Shown one piece after another: positions 39,333 to 47,730 of a stretch of DNA of 64,000 bases. The stretch is from an uncultured delta proteobacterium (GTDB lineage Bacteria > Myxococcota_A > Polyangia > Polyangiales > JAFGIB01): positions 192,001 to 256,000 of the forward strand of contig CAVZVA010000012.1 of the NCBI GenBank assembly GCA_963778655.1, written 5' to 3'. The position numbers and the translations under genes are program-made. The notes below the pieces were generated by a model. That model did not search any database. It was given only the letters and a program-made list of their open reading frames with translations, and was not told the DNA's origin. Within the stretch, counting starts at the first letter, position 1, and every line of letters begins with the position of its first letter.

Positions 39333-40532
39333 GTGCAGTCGCAAAGGCCCAGGCCCAGCACCGGCATCGTCCTCTCCGGTGGGGGGGCGCGAGGCGCGTA
39401 CGAAGCGGGCGTGGTGATGGGTATCATGGACGTGCTCAAGCCGAGCCAGCCGCCCTTCGACGTCTTGTGCGGCACCTCGGTGGGCGCGCTGAACGCGACC
39501 TTCCTCGCGGCCCATGCCCACATACCGGACATGAACGCGGCGGGGCTGGTCGGCCAGTGGCGTTCGCTCGACGTCACGCGCCACCTGAAGCTCGACATGC
39601 GCGGGCTGCTGGGCTGGAAGCGCCACTGGAGCAAGCGCGAGGAACGCATGCCGAGCTTGGTCGGGCGCTCGCTGCTCGACCCCCGCGCGCTCGACGAGAT
39701 CGTGCAGCAGAACGTTCCCTGGGCTCAGCTGCACCGCAATGTGCTTGACGGTCGCGTGCGCTCGCTGTTGGTCTCGGCGCTCCACATCGCGACCGGACGC
39801 ACCGTGACTTTCGCCGAGCTCGCTCCCGGCGCCAGCTTTACCAGCACGCGCGACCCGCGGCGTTTGCTGCGCATGGGCCCCGTCGACGCCGAGCATGTGC
39901 TCGCCTCGGCCGCGATCCCGCTGCTGTTCCCGGCGCGGCGTGTGGGCGCCGACTACTACTGCGACGGCGGCGTACGGTTCAACACTCCGATCTCGCCCGC
40001 GATCCGCTCCGGCGTCGACCGGCTGGTGGTGGTGTCGCCACTGAGTCACGAGGGCGCCGAAGGCGATCCGACGCCGGAGGGCGATCGCGTCGACTCCTAC
40101 AACAGCCCGGTGTTTCTGATCGGCAAGGTCCTCAATGCCCTGCTGCTCGACCCGTTGCACTACGACTTGCAGGTGCTCGACCGCTTCAACCGCCTGATCC
40201 AGGCACTGGAGTCCGTGCTCTCGCCCGGGGAGCTCGAAGCGGTCCAGCACGTGCTGCAAGAAGCTCGCGGCATGCCTTATCGCAAGCTCAAGACGTTGGT
40301 CTTCAGACCGACCCGCGACGTCGGCCGGTTGGCGCGGGCGCGCGCGCGCGACCTACACGGCTCGCGCTTCTCCTCCTGGTTGCTCGCGCGCACCGCGACG
40401 CTGGGCGCGCTGTGGGAGTCGGACCTGTTGTCGTTCATCCTGTTCGACGCCGAATTCGCCTCGGACCTGATCGCGCTGGGCCACGCCGATGCGCAGGCGC
40501 GCTCGGCCGAGGTCCAGGCGTTCTTCGCCTGA
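39333..40532 (+). CDS. Patatin-like phospholipase
   Basis: SGGGARG, GTSVG, ASAAIP, DGG. Confidence 0.93.
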   Translation: MQSQRPRPSTGIVLSGGGARGAYEAGVVMGIMDVLKPSQPPFDVLCGTSVGALNATFLAAHAHIPDMNAAGLVGQWRSLDVTRHLKLDMRGLLGWKRHWSKREERMPSLVGRSLLDPRALDEIVQQNVPWAQLHRNVLDGRVRSLLVSALHIATGRTVTFAELAPGASFTSTRDPRRLLRMGPVDAEHVLASAAIPLLFPARRVGADYYCDGGVRFNTPISPAIRSGVDRLVVVSPLSHEGAEGDPTPEGDRVDSYNSPVFLIGKVLNALLLDPLHYDLQVLDRFNRLIQALESVLSPGELEAVQHVLQEARGMPYRKLKTLVFRPTRDVGRLARARARDLHGSRFSSWLLARTATLGALWESDLLSFILFDAEFASDLIALGHADAQARSAEVQAFFA

Positions 40533-40534
40533 TG

Positions 40535-40726
40535 CTAAATGACCGATCCCGATTCGGGAACGGCCATGCCGATCGGTCATTTCGCGGCGCGGCGGATGCC
40601 GCACCACCGCGAGAGGGTGAATGTGCGAGGCTTTGGCTCGCGCACAGGGAGTCGGCGCGACTCCCTGACAATCAAACGAGAAATCAGAGCTTGTGATTCG
40701 ATCCCGAATCGCGAAGGCTAATTTAG
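40535..40726. mobile_element. 192-bp MITE-like element, family A, copy 3
   Basis: CTAAATGACCGATC...CTAATTTAG; fills the whole gap between convergent genes. Confidence 0.85.
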
Positions 40727-42504
40727 CGCGCCCGGACCAGCTCCTGCAGCTCGTGGCAGGCCTTCTCGGAGCCGTGCTCGCAGGCGCGGTGGAGCAGGGC
40801 TTGCCCGCGCTCCGGATTCTGCTCCACGCCGCGGCCCTGCGCGTACATCAGCGCGAGCGCCAGGCAGCTCTCGGCGTGCTCGTCGGAGCAGGCCTTGGCG
40901 TAGAGCTCGGCCGCGCGCTTGAGGTCGCGCGTGACGCCGCGGCCGCTCTCGAACGCCTTGGCCCACGCCGCGCAGCCCTCCCTGAGGCCGGCCTCGCACG
41001 CGTGCCGCACGCGCTCGATCGCCTGCGGCTCGTCCTCGCCCGCCGCGAGCTGGAGCGCGCCGAGCTGCCCGCAGCCGAGCGCGTCGCCCGCGTTGCAGGC
41101 CCGCTCGTACAGCTCGCGGGCGGTCTTCTTCTTCGGCGGTCCCACCAGCCCCTGCTCCAGCACCAGTCCCAGGCGCGCGCAGCCGCGCGGCTCGTCTTGC
41201 TTGCACGCGGCGCCGTACATCCTGGCCGCGCCGACCAGGTCCGCGGACCCGCCCTCGCCGCGCTCGAGCTGCTCGCCCAGGCGTGTGCACGACAGCGGGT
41301 CGTCGTACTGCTCGCAGCTGGTGCGGTACAACGTCGCCGCCTTGTTCAGGTCCTTGGCCACGCCCTCACCGCGCGCGTAACAGCCGGCCAGCGCGCGGCA
41401 GCCGGCGCCGAGACGCCCCTCGCACACGTGGGTGAAGATCGCGATCGCGCGCGGCAGGTCCTGGCTCGTGCCCTCGCCTCGCTCGAACATCCAGCCCAGG
41501 TTGACGCAGCCGATCATCTCGCCGCCCCGGCACGCGCGGTTGTACAGCTCGAACGCCTGCGGTGCGCTGCGCGCCACGCCGATCCCGTCCTGATACAGGC
41601 CGCCGAGGTTGTTGCAGCCGAGCAGAACACCCCCGTCGCAGGCCTTGCGGTAGAGCTCGGCGGCGCGCGCGCCGTCCTGGCTCACCCCGCGGCCGTCCTC
41701 GTACAGCAGGCCCAGGTTCTTGCACGCGGTCAGGCGCCCCGCCTTGCAACCGCGCGCGAGCAGCAGCGCCACCGCCGCGTCGTCGGGCTTGCCGCGCGCT
41801 CTGTCTTGCAGCAGCTCCCCGAGCGCGCCGCACGCCGCTTCCTCACCGCCGTCGCAGGCGCGCTGGTAGGCGTCGGCGGCGCGCTTGGGATCGCGGCTGC
41901 CCACAGGCGCCGCGTCCAACATGCGGCCGAGCTCGGCACATGCCTTGACCGTGCCCCCGTCGCAGCTCTTCTGGTACAGCGCAGTGGCCTGCTTCGCGCT
42001 CTTCTCCACGCCCGTGCCCTGCTCGTAGAGCGCGCCCAGCGGCAGGCAGCCGAGCGCGCTCCGGGTCGAGCAGGCTCGCTGATAGAGCCGCCGCGCCTCG
42101 GCCGCGTCCTTGGTCACGCCCTCGCCGCGCTCGTGCATCTCCCCCAGCGCCACGCAGGCGCGCGGGTCTCCGCCCGAGCACGCCTTGTCGAACAGCGTCG
42201 CGGCCTGCTTGGGGTCGGCCGCGACGCCCTCGCCGTGCTGGGTGAGCAGAGCCTGGCCGTAGCAGCCCTTGGCGTCGCCGCCGTTACACGCCAGCTTGAA
42301 CAGCGTCAGCGCGTGCAGCGGCTCTCGCTCCACGCCGCTGCCGACTGCGTACAGCGTGGCCAGGTCGCGGCAGTCGGGCAGCTGGCCCTTGTTGCAGCCG
42401 TCGAGCAAGGCTTGGATCTGGCTCGCGTCGAGCACCGCCTGGGCGCCCGCAACACCATTGTAACCTATCGAAATTACGAACAGAACCAGACCAAGCCGAC
42501 GCAT
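40723..42504 (-). CDS. Secreted cysteine-rich Sel1-like repeat protein
   Basis: Signal peptide; about 15 repeats of C..LG..Y..G.GV..D...A...Y..AC. Confidence 0.92.
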   Translation of the reverse strand: MRRLGLVLFVISIGYNGVAGAQAVLDASQIQALLDGCNKGQLPDCRDLATLYAVGSGVEREPLHALTLFKLACNGGDAKGCYGQALLTQHGEGVAADPKQAATLFDKACSGGDPRACVALGEMHERGEGVTKDAAEARRLYQRACSTRSALGCLPLGALYEQGTGVEKSAKQATALYQKSCDGGTVKACAELGRMLDAAPVGSRDPKRAADAYQRACDGGEEAACGALGELLQDRARGKPDDAAVALLLARGCKAGRLTACKNLGLLYEDGRGVSQDGARAAELYRKACDGGVLLGCNNLGGLYQDGIGVARSAPQAFELYNRACRGGEMIGCVNLGWMFERGEGTSQDLPRAIAIFTHVCEGRLGAGCRALAGCYARGEGVAKDLNKAATLYRTSCEQYDDPLSCTRLGEQLERGEGGSADLVGAARMYGAACKQDEPRGCARLGLVLEQGLVGPPKKKTARELYERACNAGDALGCGQLGALQLAAGEDEPQAIERVRHACEAGLREGCAAWAKAFESGRGVTRDLKRAAELYAKACSDEHAESCLALALMYAQGRGVEQNPERGQALLHRACEHGSEKACHELQELVRAR

Positions 42505-42721
42505 CCCCGACCTCGCCGCAAGAGCCGCCCTGCCGGCCTACTTACCGCAGCGCAGGGCCTATTCAAGTCAATCTCCGGGCGCGTCGTCCACAAACGCAGC
42601 CATGCCCGCAAGCGGCCTTGCGTTCCCCGCGCAGGCGAAGGAGGGTGAGCGCCGCGAGTCCTGGCTCGCATGAGACGATTGCCGTCACGACAGCAAGGAC
42701 TGCGCTCACCAGCGGCTATTC

Positions 42722-43429
42722 ATGCAGGTTCGCATCGGCACCAGCGGTTACCAGTACAAGTTCTGGCGCGGCCGACTGTACAGCGAGCGCTGCAAGGAGG
42801 CCGACATGCTGGCCGAGTACGCCGCCAAGCTGCCCACGGTCGAGATCAACGCCACCTTCTACCGCATGCCCAAGAGCTCGGTGGTCGAGCGCTGGGCCGC
42901 GCAGGTGCCGGACGACTTCCGCTTCGCGCTCAAGGCCTCGCGCCGCATCACCCACCAGCAGCGCCTCAAGGAGGCGGGCGACAGCGTCGGCTATCTTTAC
43001 GGCGCCGCGCGCGTGCTCGGCGACAAGCTGGGCGCCGTGCTGTTCCAGTTGCCGCCCAACCTGCGCAAGGACCTGCCGCGGTTGCAGGCGTTTCTGGACA
43101 CGCTGCCCGAAGGCGCGCGCGCCGCGCTCGAGTTCCGCCACGAGAGCTGGTTCGACCAGGAGGTCTACGCGCTGCTGCGCGGGCGCGACGTCGCGCTGTG
43201 CATCTCCGACGAGGGCGAGGGCGAGCGCGCCACGCCTTTCGTCGCCACCGCGGGCTTCGGCTACCTGCGCATGCGCCGCGAGCAGTACGAGGAGCAAGAG
43301 CTCGCCCAGGTGGCGCGCAGCATCACCGCCGAGCGCTGGCCGGAAGCCTATGTGTACTTCAAGCACGAGCAGGACGCGCCTGAGCTCGCGGCGCGCATGG
43401 CGCAGCAGGTTGCCGTCGCGCTCGAGTAG
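42722..43429 (+). CDS. DUF72 (YecE-like) protein
   Basis: IGTSGY, VEINATFY, FALKASRRITH, LFQLPP, EFRH, YLRM, YFKH. Confidence 0.93.
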   Translation: MQVRIGTSGYQYKFWRGRLYSERCKEADMLAEYAAKLPTVEINATFYRMPKSSVVERWAAQVPDDFRFALKASRRITHQQRLKEAGDSVGYLYGAARVLGDKLGAVLFQLPPNLRKDLPRLQAFLDTLPEGARAALEFRHESWFDQEVYALLRGRDVALCISDEGEGERATPFVATAGFGYLRMRREQYEEQELAQVARSITAERWPEAYVYFKHEQDAPELAARMAQQVAVALE

Positions 43430-43449
43430 GCGTTCGGCAACGCCCTCCG

Positions 43450-43503
43450 AATTCACAGGAAGGCGGGAAGCCCAGAGGGAATTTCATTCTTCCCGTCTTC
43501 CCG
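43450..43503. repeat. REP-like palindrome, family D
   Basis: CACAGGAAGGCGGGAAG...TTCTTCCCGTCTTCCCGG. Confidence 0.55.
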
Positions 43504-43537
43504 GCGCATCCCGGAGACGGCCGCCGAGGAACGGTTG

Positions 43538-43708
43538 CTAGAGCACCGAACATATTGAAACGTGTGCGAAGTCGGGGTCATGGCGGGATGCAGGGTGCGG
43601 GCGGGAGCCCGAAGGCGTAGTCCATCCTACGTCGAGCGGGGAGCGCGCGTGCCATGCGCCCGCGAGAGCCCCGAAATCGTGCGTGTTTCAAAATGTTCGG
43701 TGCTCTGA
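43538..43708. mobile_element. 171-bp MITE, family B, copy 2 (inverted)
   Basis: Reverse complement of 24065-24235 with a few substitutions; the right end reads CTGA instead of CTAG. Confidence 0.9.
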
Positions 43709-44040
43709 CCAGGCGGATCGACGTCGCTGAGCGCGAGCACCAGCACCGGCTCGCTCGAGAAGTTGCGCGCGCGGTGGCCGGTGCCGCGCTCGATCACGCA
43801 GGCTTCGCCCGCCGCCAGGCGCTCGCAGCCATGGTCGAGCTGCAGCTCCAGCTCGCCCTGCAGCACGTACAGCACGTGGCTGCGCTCGCAGCGCAGCGGA
43901 TCGTCGAAGCCGGGCGCGAAGCGCAGCACGGCCAGCGCGCCGTTCTGCGCGACCTTCTTCTGCTCGAGCGGATGAGTCGGGCTCTGCTGCCAGGCCAGGG
44001 CGGGGAAGGCCACGCGGGTGAACGACATGCGCCGCAGCAT
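43627..44040 (-). CDS. Cupin domain protein whose C-terminus runs into the MITE
   Basis: F.PGF.D...C..SHVLYVLQGEL...AGEA.VI..G..H.A.N. Confidence 0.75.
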   Translation of the reverse strand: MLRRMSFTRVAFPALAWQQSPTHPLEQKKVAQNGALAVLRFAPGFDDPLRCERSHVLYVLQGELELQLDHGCERLAAGEACVIERGTGHRARNFSSEPVLVLALSDVDPPGQSTEHFETRTISGLSRAHGTRAPRST

Positions 44041-44108
44041 AGCGCGGCGGCCCGCAACCGCGTGTATGCGGTTTGCAATCGCGCGCCTTTCGCGGCATGA
44101 CTTCGCGG

Positions 44109-45101
44109 ATGTCGGAGCCCTTCGCCGCCGGAGTCGCGCTGATCACGGGAGCCAGCGGCTTCATCGGCGGCCGCCTGCGCGACTCACTGCTCGACGACGG
44201 CTACGACGTGGTGGCGCTCACGCGGGCCGGCTCCCCCGAGCCGCGGCGTGGCCGCGCCGCCGCGGTCGACTACGCGCAGCCCGAGTCGCTGGCGGCGGTG
44301 CTGGAACGCGAGCGACCCGAGCTGGTGTTCCACGTCGCGGGCGCCACCAAGGGGGTGCGCTACGAGGACTTCGAGCGCGGCAACGTGATGCCGACCCGCA
44401 ACCTGCTGCAGGCGCTGCGCGAGCGACACCCGGGGCTCAGGCGTTTCGTGCACGTCTCCTCGCTCGCCGCCTACGGCCCGTCCACGCCCGAGCAGCCCCG
44501 GGAAGAGCACCACGAGCGGACGCCGGTCGAGCACTACGGCAGGAGCAAGCTGGAAGCCGAGCTGGCGGTCGAGGCCACAGGCGACGCGCTGCCGTGGACC
44601 ATCATCCGGCCGCCCACCGTCTATGGTCCCGGCGACGTCGACAACCTCGAGCTGTTCCGCCTCGCCAAGCGCCGGTTGAACGTCTTCTATGGCAATCGCG
44701 CCCGCGCGATGTCGTTCGTCTATGTCGACGACCTGGTGCGCGGCATCCGCGAGGCGGCGACGCACGAGCAGACCCGCGGCCGCGGCTACTTCCTGTGCGA
44801 CGGGCGCCCCCTGACCTGGGAGCAATACCAACAGCACATCGTCGAAGCCAGCGGCAAGCGCGCGCTCGAGCTCGATCTGCCCGAGCTGTCGCTGGGCGTC
44901 GCGGCCGTGTTCGGCGAGCTCGCCACCAAGCTCGACAACAAGCCGCGCCTGTTCAATCGCACCAAGGCGATGATGGCCAAGCAGGTGTGGACCTGCCGCC
45001 ACGATCGCGCGCGCCAGGACTTCGGCTATAGTCCCCAGGTCGACATCACCGAGGGCGTCCGCCGAACCCTCGACTGGTACCGCGCCCAGCGCTGGGTCTA
45101 A
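44109..45101 (+). CDS. NAD-dependent epimerase/dehydratase (extended SDR)
   Basis: ITGASGFIG, FHVAG, VSSLAAYG, YGRSK, RPPTVYGP. Confidence 0.93.
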   Translation: MSEPFAAGVALITGASGFIGGRLRDSLLDDGYDVVALTRAGSPEPRRGRAAAVDYAQPESLAAVLERERPELVFHVAGATKGVRYEDFERGNVMPTRNLLQALRERHPGLRRFVHVSSLAAYGPSTPEQPREEHHERTPVEHYGRSKLEAELAVEATGDALPWTIIRPPTVYGPGDVDNLELFRLAKRRLNVFYGNRARAMSFVYVDDLVRGIREAATHEQTRGRGYFLCDGRPLTWEQYQQHIVEASGKRALELDLPELSLGVAAVFGELATKLDNKPRLFNRTKAMMAKQVWTCRHDRARQDFGYSPQVDITEGVRRTLDWYRAQRWV

Positions 45102-45127
45102 CCCCTCGTCCCCCTCCACCTAGAACG

Positions 45128-45936
45128 TGGGAGCGAAGCGACCCACGCGGGAGGGTGGGCCCCGTTGGGCTTAGCCCAACGGGCGGGAGGGTCGCGTGAC
45201 CCTCCCGTTACCTTGGGAGCGAAGCGACCCACGCGGGAGGGTGGGCCCCGTTGGGCTTAGCCCAACGGGCGGGAGGGTCGCGTGACCCTCCCGTTACCTT
45301 GGGAGCGAAGCGACCCACGCGGGAGGGTGGGCCCCGTTGGGCTTAGCCCAACGGGCGGGAGGGTCGCGTGACCCTCCCGTTACAAGAGCAGCGTGACCCT
45401 CCCGTTACCTTGGGAGCGAAGCGACCCACGCGGGAGGGTGGGCCCCGTTGGGCTTAGCCCAACGGGCGGGAGGGTCGCGTGACCCTCCCGTTACCTTGGG
45501 AGCGAAGCGACCCACGCGGGAGGGTGGGCCCCGTTGGGCTTAGCCCAACGGGCGGGAGGGTCGCGTGACCCTCCCGTTACAAGAGCAGCGTGACCCTCCC
45601 GTTACCTTGGGAGCGAAGCGACCCACGCGGGAGGGTGGGCCCCGTTGGGCTTAGCCCAACGGGCGGGAGGGTCGCGTGACCCTCCCGTTACAAGAGCAGC
45701 GTGACCCTCCCGTTACCTTGGGAGCGAAGCGACCCACGCGGGAGGGTGGGCCCCGTTGGGCTTAGCCCAACGGGCGGGAGGGTCGCGTGACCCTCCCGTT
45801 ACAAGAGCAGCGTGACCCTCCCGTTACCTTGGGAGCGAAGCGACCCACGCGGGAGGGTGGGCCCCGTTGGGCTTAGCCCAACGGGCGGGAGGGTCGCGTG
45901 ACCCTCCCGTTACAAGAGCAGTGACCCTCCCGTTAC
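45128..45936. repeat. Tandem array of eight family-C-related multi-hairpin units (86 or 111 bp)
   Basis: Units start at 45128, 45214, 45300, 45411, 45497, 45608, 45719 and 45830. Long units carry an extra 25 bp (AAGAGCAGCGTGACCCTCCCGTTAC). No unique spacers. Confidence 0.95.
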
Positions 45937-47463
45937 TTAAGCTCGCTGCTGGCTCTGCTGCTGCAGGGCCTTGGTCGCGATCGCGCGCACGGTCGCGTCC
46001 TCATCCTGGGTGGCGGCCTGCAGTGCGTCGGTGAACAGGGCCGGGTCGAGCTTGGTCATGGCGCGCACCGCGTAGTAGCGCACCAGCGAGTTGTCCGAGC
46101 GGCGGTCCGCCTCGAGTCGGTCGAGCACGCGCTTGCGCACCTCCTCGGAGCCGCTGTTCTTGTACTCGCGCACCATCTGGTCGTAGGTCTCGCGGTCCGC
46201 GGCGCCCCCGGGCGGGGGGATGGAGACTCCCCCGGAGGGCGGATGCGCGCGCTCGACCGCTGCTGGCACAGCCGAGGGACGCATCGAACGGCGCGCAGCG
46301 CTCGCCCCGGAGGGTTGCTCCGGGATGCGAGGCCGGCGAATCGTGCCGGGGCTGGTGCGGAACAGCTCGTACTCCTCAATCTCGCCCAGGTCGAGCCCGG
46401 TCAGCGTTTGCTGCAGCTTGTCGCGCAGCTGTGCGCCCTCGCGCTTGGCCGCGGTCACCATCTCGCGCAAGCCTTCGGGCAGCGACTGCGTCGAGCACAC
46501 CAGGCGCACGGTGGCCTGTGAGGCTGAGTCGTCGCGGTACACGCCGAGGTAGATCGCACCGCCGCCGGTCTCCTCCTTGAGCTGCTCGCTGACCTGCTCG
46601 AAGAACGAGAACGGGGTAGAGGCGAGGATCGACTCGGGCGCCTCCAGCACCAGCCCGAGGTAGGCCACGCTCTCGATCGCGTAGCCCTGGGGCATGATGT
46701 TGCTGAACTGCACACACTCGCGCACAGCGCCGATCACCGATTCCGTGGTCAGCTTGCTCAGCTCGCGCGACCCGAAGTTGAGCAGGCCCGACGAAAGCAG
46801 CAGCGCGCGCAGATCCTCGCCGTCGAGCGTGCGGATCGGGACCACGCCCGAGCGTTCGTTGAGGTGGTTGAGCGCGTCGAGCGGCTCGACGATCAGCTTG
46901 TTGATCTCGGTGTAGTAGCGGTCCAGCGACAGGTCGCCGTGGCCTTCGGCCAAGCGCGCGTTGTCCACGAAGATCCAGCCCAGCAGGTGCTCCTTGACCA
47001 GCTCGTTGACCGCGCGCACCGCGTTGACCTTCGCGATGCCGCTCTCGTGGTCGTTGGGCACGGTCGCCAGCACCAGCAGCGGCAGCGAGAGATCCTCGAG
47101 CACCTTGACCAGCTCCGCGACTGCCGAGCCGGTGCCGCCGCCCAGACCGCAGGTGATCAGCACGATGTCGGCGCCGGCCACGTGCTCCGCCACGCGCTCG
47201 CGGATCTTGGCCGCGTTGACGGTGATGCACTGCCGCCCGTAGGTGACGTCCGAGCCGGCGCCGTCGTGGCCGTCCACTCCGATGTAGCAGCGCTGCTCTT
47301 CCGGCAGCGCCAGCCAGCTCGCCGCAAGCGTCGACAGATCGGTCGAGGCGGTGTTGAACGCCAGCGCGCGGTAGCCGCGGCGCGCAAACTCGGCGGCCAG
47401 GTTGCCCCCGGCCTGTCCCAGGCCCACGGTCACGATCTCGAGTGCTCTTCCTGCTGATGTCAC
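45937..47463 (-). CDS. Divergent tubulin/FtsZ-superfamily GTPase (CetZ/TubZ-like) with a C-terminal HEAT-like domain
   Basis: GLGQAGGN, NTASTDL, DGAGSD, tubulin signature GLGGGTGS, FVDN, T7-like LDGEDL; GGGAGG RBS before the GTG at 47463. Confidence 0.88.
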   Translation of the reverse strand: MTSAGRALEIVTVGLGQAGGNLAAEFARRGYRALAFNTASTDLSTLAASWLALPEEQRCYIGVDGHDGAGSDVTYGRQCITVNAAKIRERVAEHVAGADIVLITCGLGGGTGSAVAELVKVLEDLSLPLLVLATVPNDHESGIAKVNAVRAVNELVKEHLLGWIFVDNARLAEGHGDLSLDRYYTEINKLIVEPLDALNHLNERSGVVPIRTLDGEDLRALLLSSGLLNFGSRELSKLTTESVIGAVRECVQFSNIMPQGYAIESVAYLGLVLEAPESILASTPFSFFEQVSEQLKEETGGGAIYLGVYRDDSASQATVRLVCSTQSLPEGLREMVTAAKREGAQLRDKLQQTLTGLDLGEIEEYELFRTSPGTIRRPRIPEQPSGASAARRSMRPSAVPAAVERAHPPSGGVSIPPPGGAADRETYDQMVREYKNSGSEEVRKRVLDRLEADRRSDNSLVRYYAVRAMTKLDPALFTDALQAATQDEDATVRAIATKALQQQSQQRA

Positions 47464-47649
47464 GAGGTGCCTCCCAATCCGAAGCGGACGGTCAATATAG
47501 ATCGCGTGCCGTTGGGGGTCTACCGCTCCGTAGCGTGCAAGCACGTGCGCCTGTCCCCTTCCGGGGAGGGTCCCAGTAGTCCGCGCGCGCGAATGGTGGG
47601 TGAAGGCGGGAGGGTCGCCCCGGCTCGCTCGCGCTCGGGCTCAAGAAGA

Positions 47650-47706
47650 CTCACGGGAAGACGGGAAGTGCACGGGGAAGTTGCTTCTTCCCGCCTTCCC
47701 CTTGTC
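47650..47706. repeat. REP-like palindrome, family D
   Basis: CACGGGAAGACGGGAAG...CTTCTTCCCGCCTTCCCCTTGT. Confidence 0.55.
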
Positions 47707-47730
47707 CGGCCGCTCCGGCAGGCGGTCGAC

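Noticed and set aside
45128..45936. CRISPR array
   Set aside because: Units are 86/111 bp and identical, with no unique spacers; no cas genes or leader in the window.
45937..47463. Calling the gene ftsZ
   Set aside because: It lacks FtsZ-specific motifs (GGGGxN, NxDxxD context, C-terminal core peptide) and the dcw neighbourhood.
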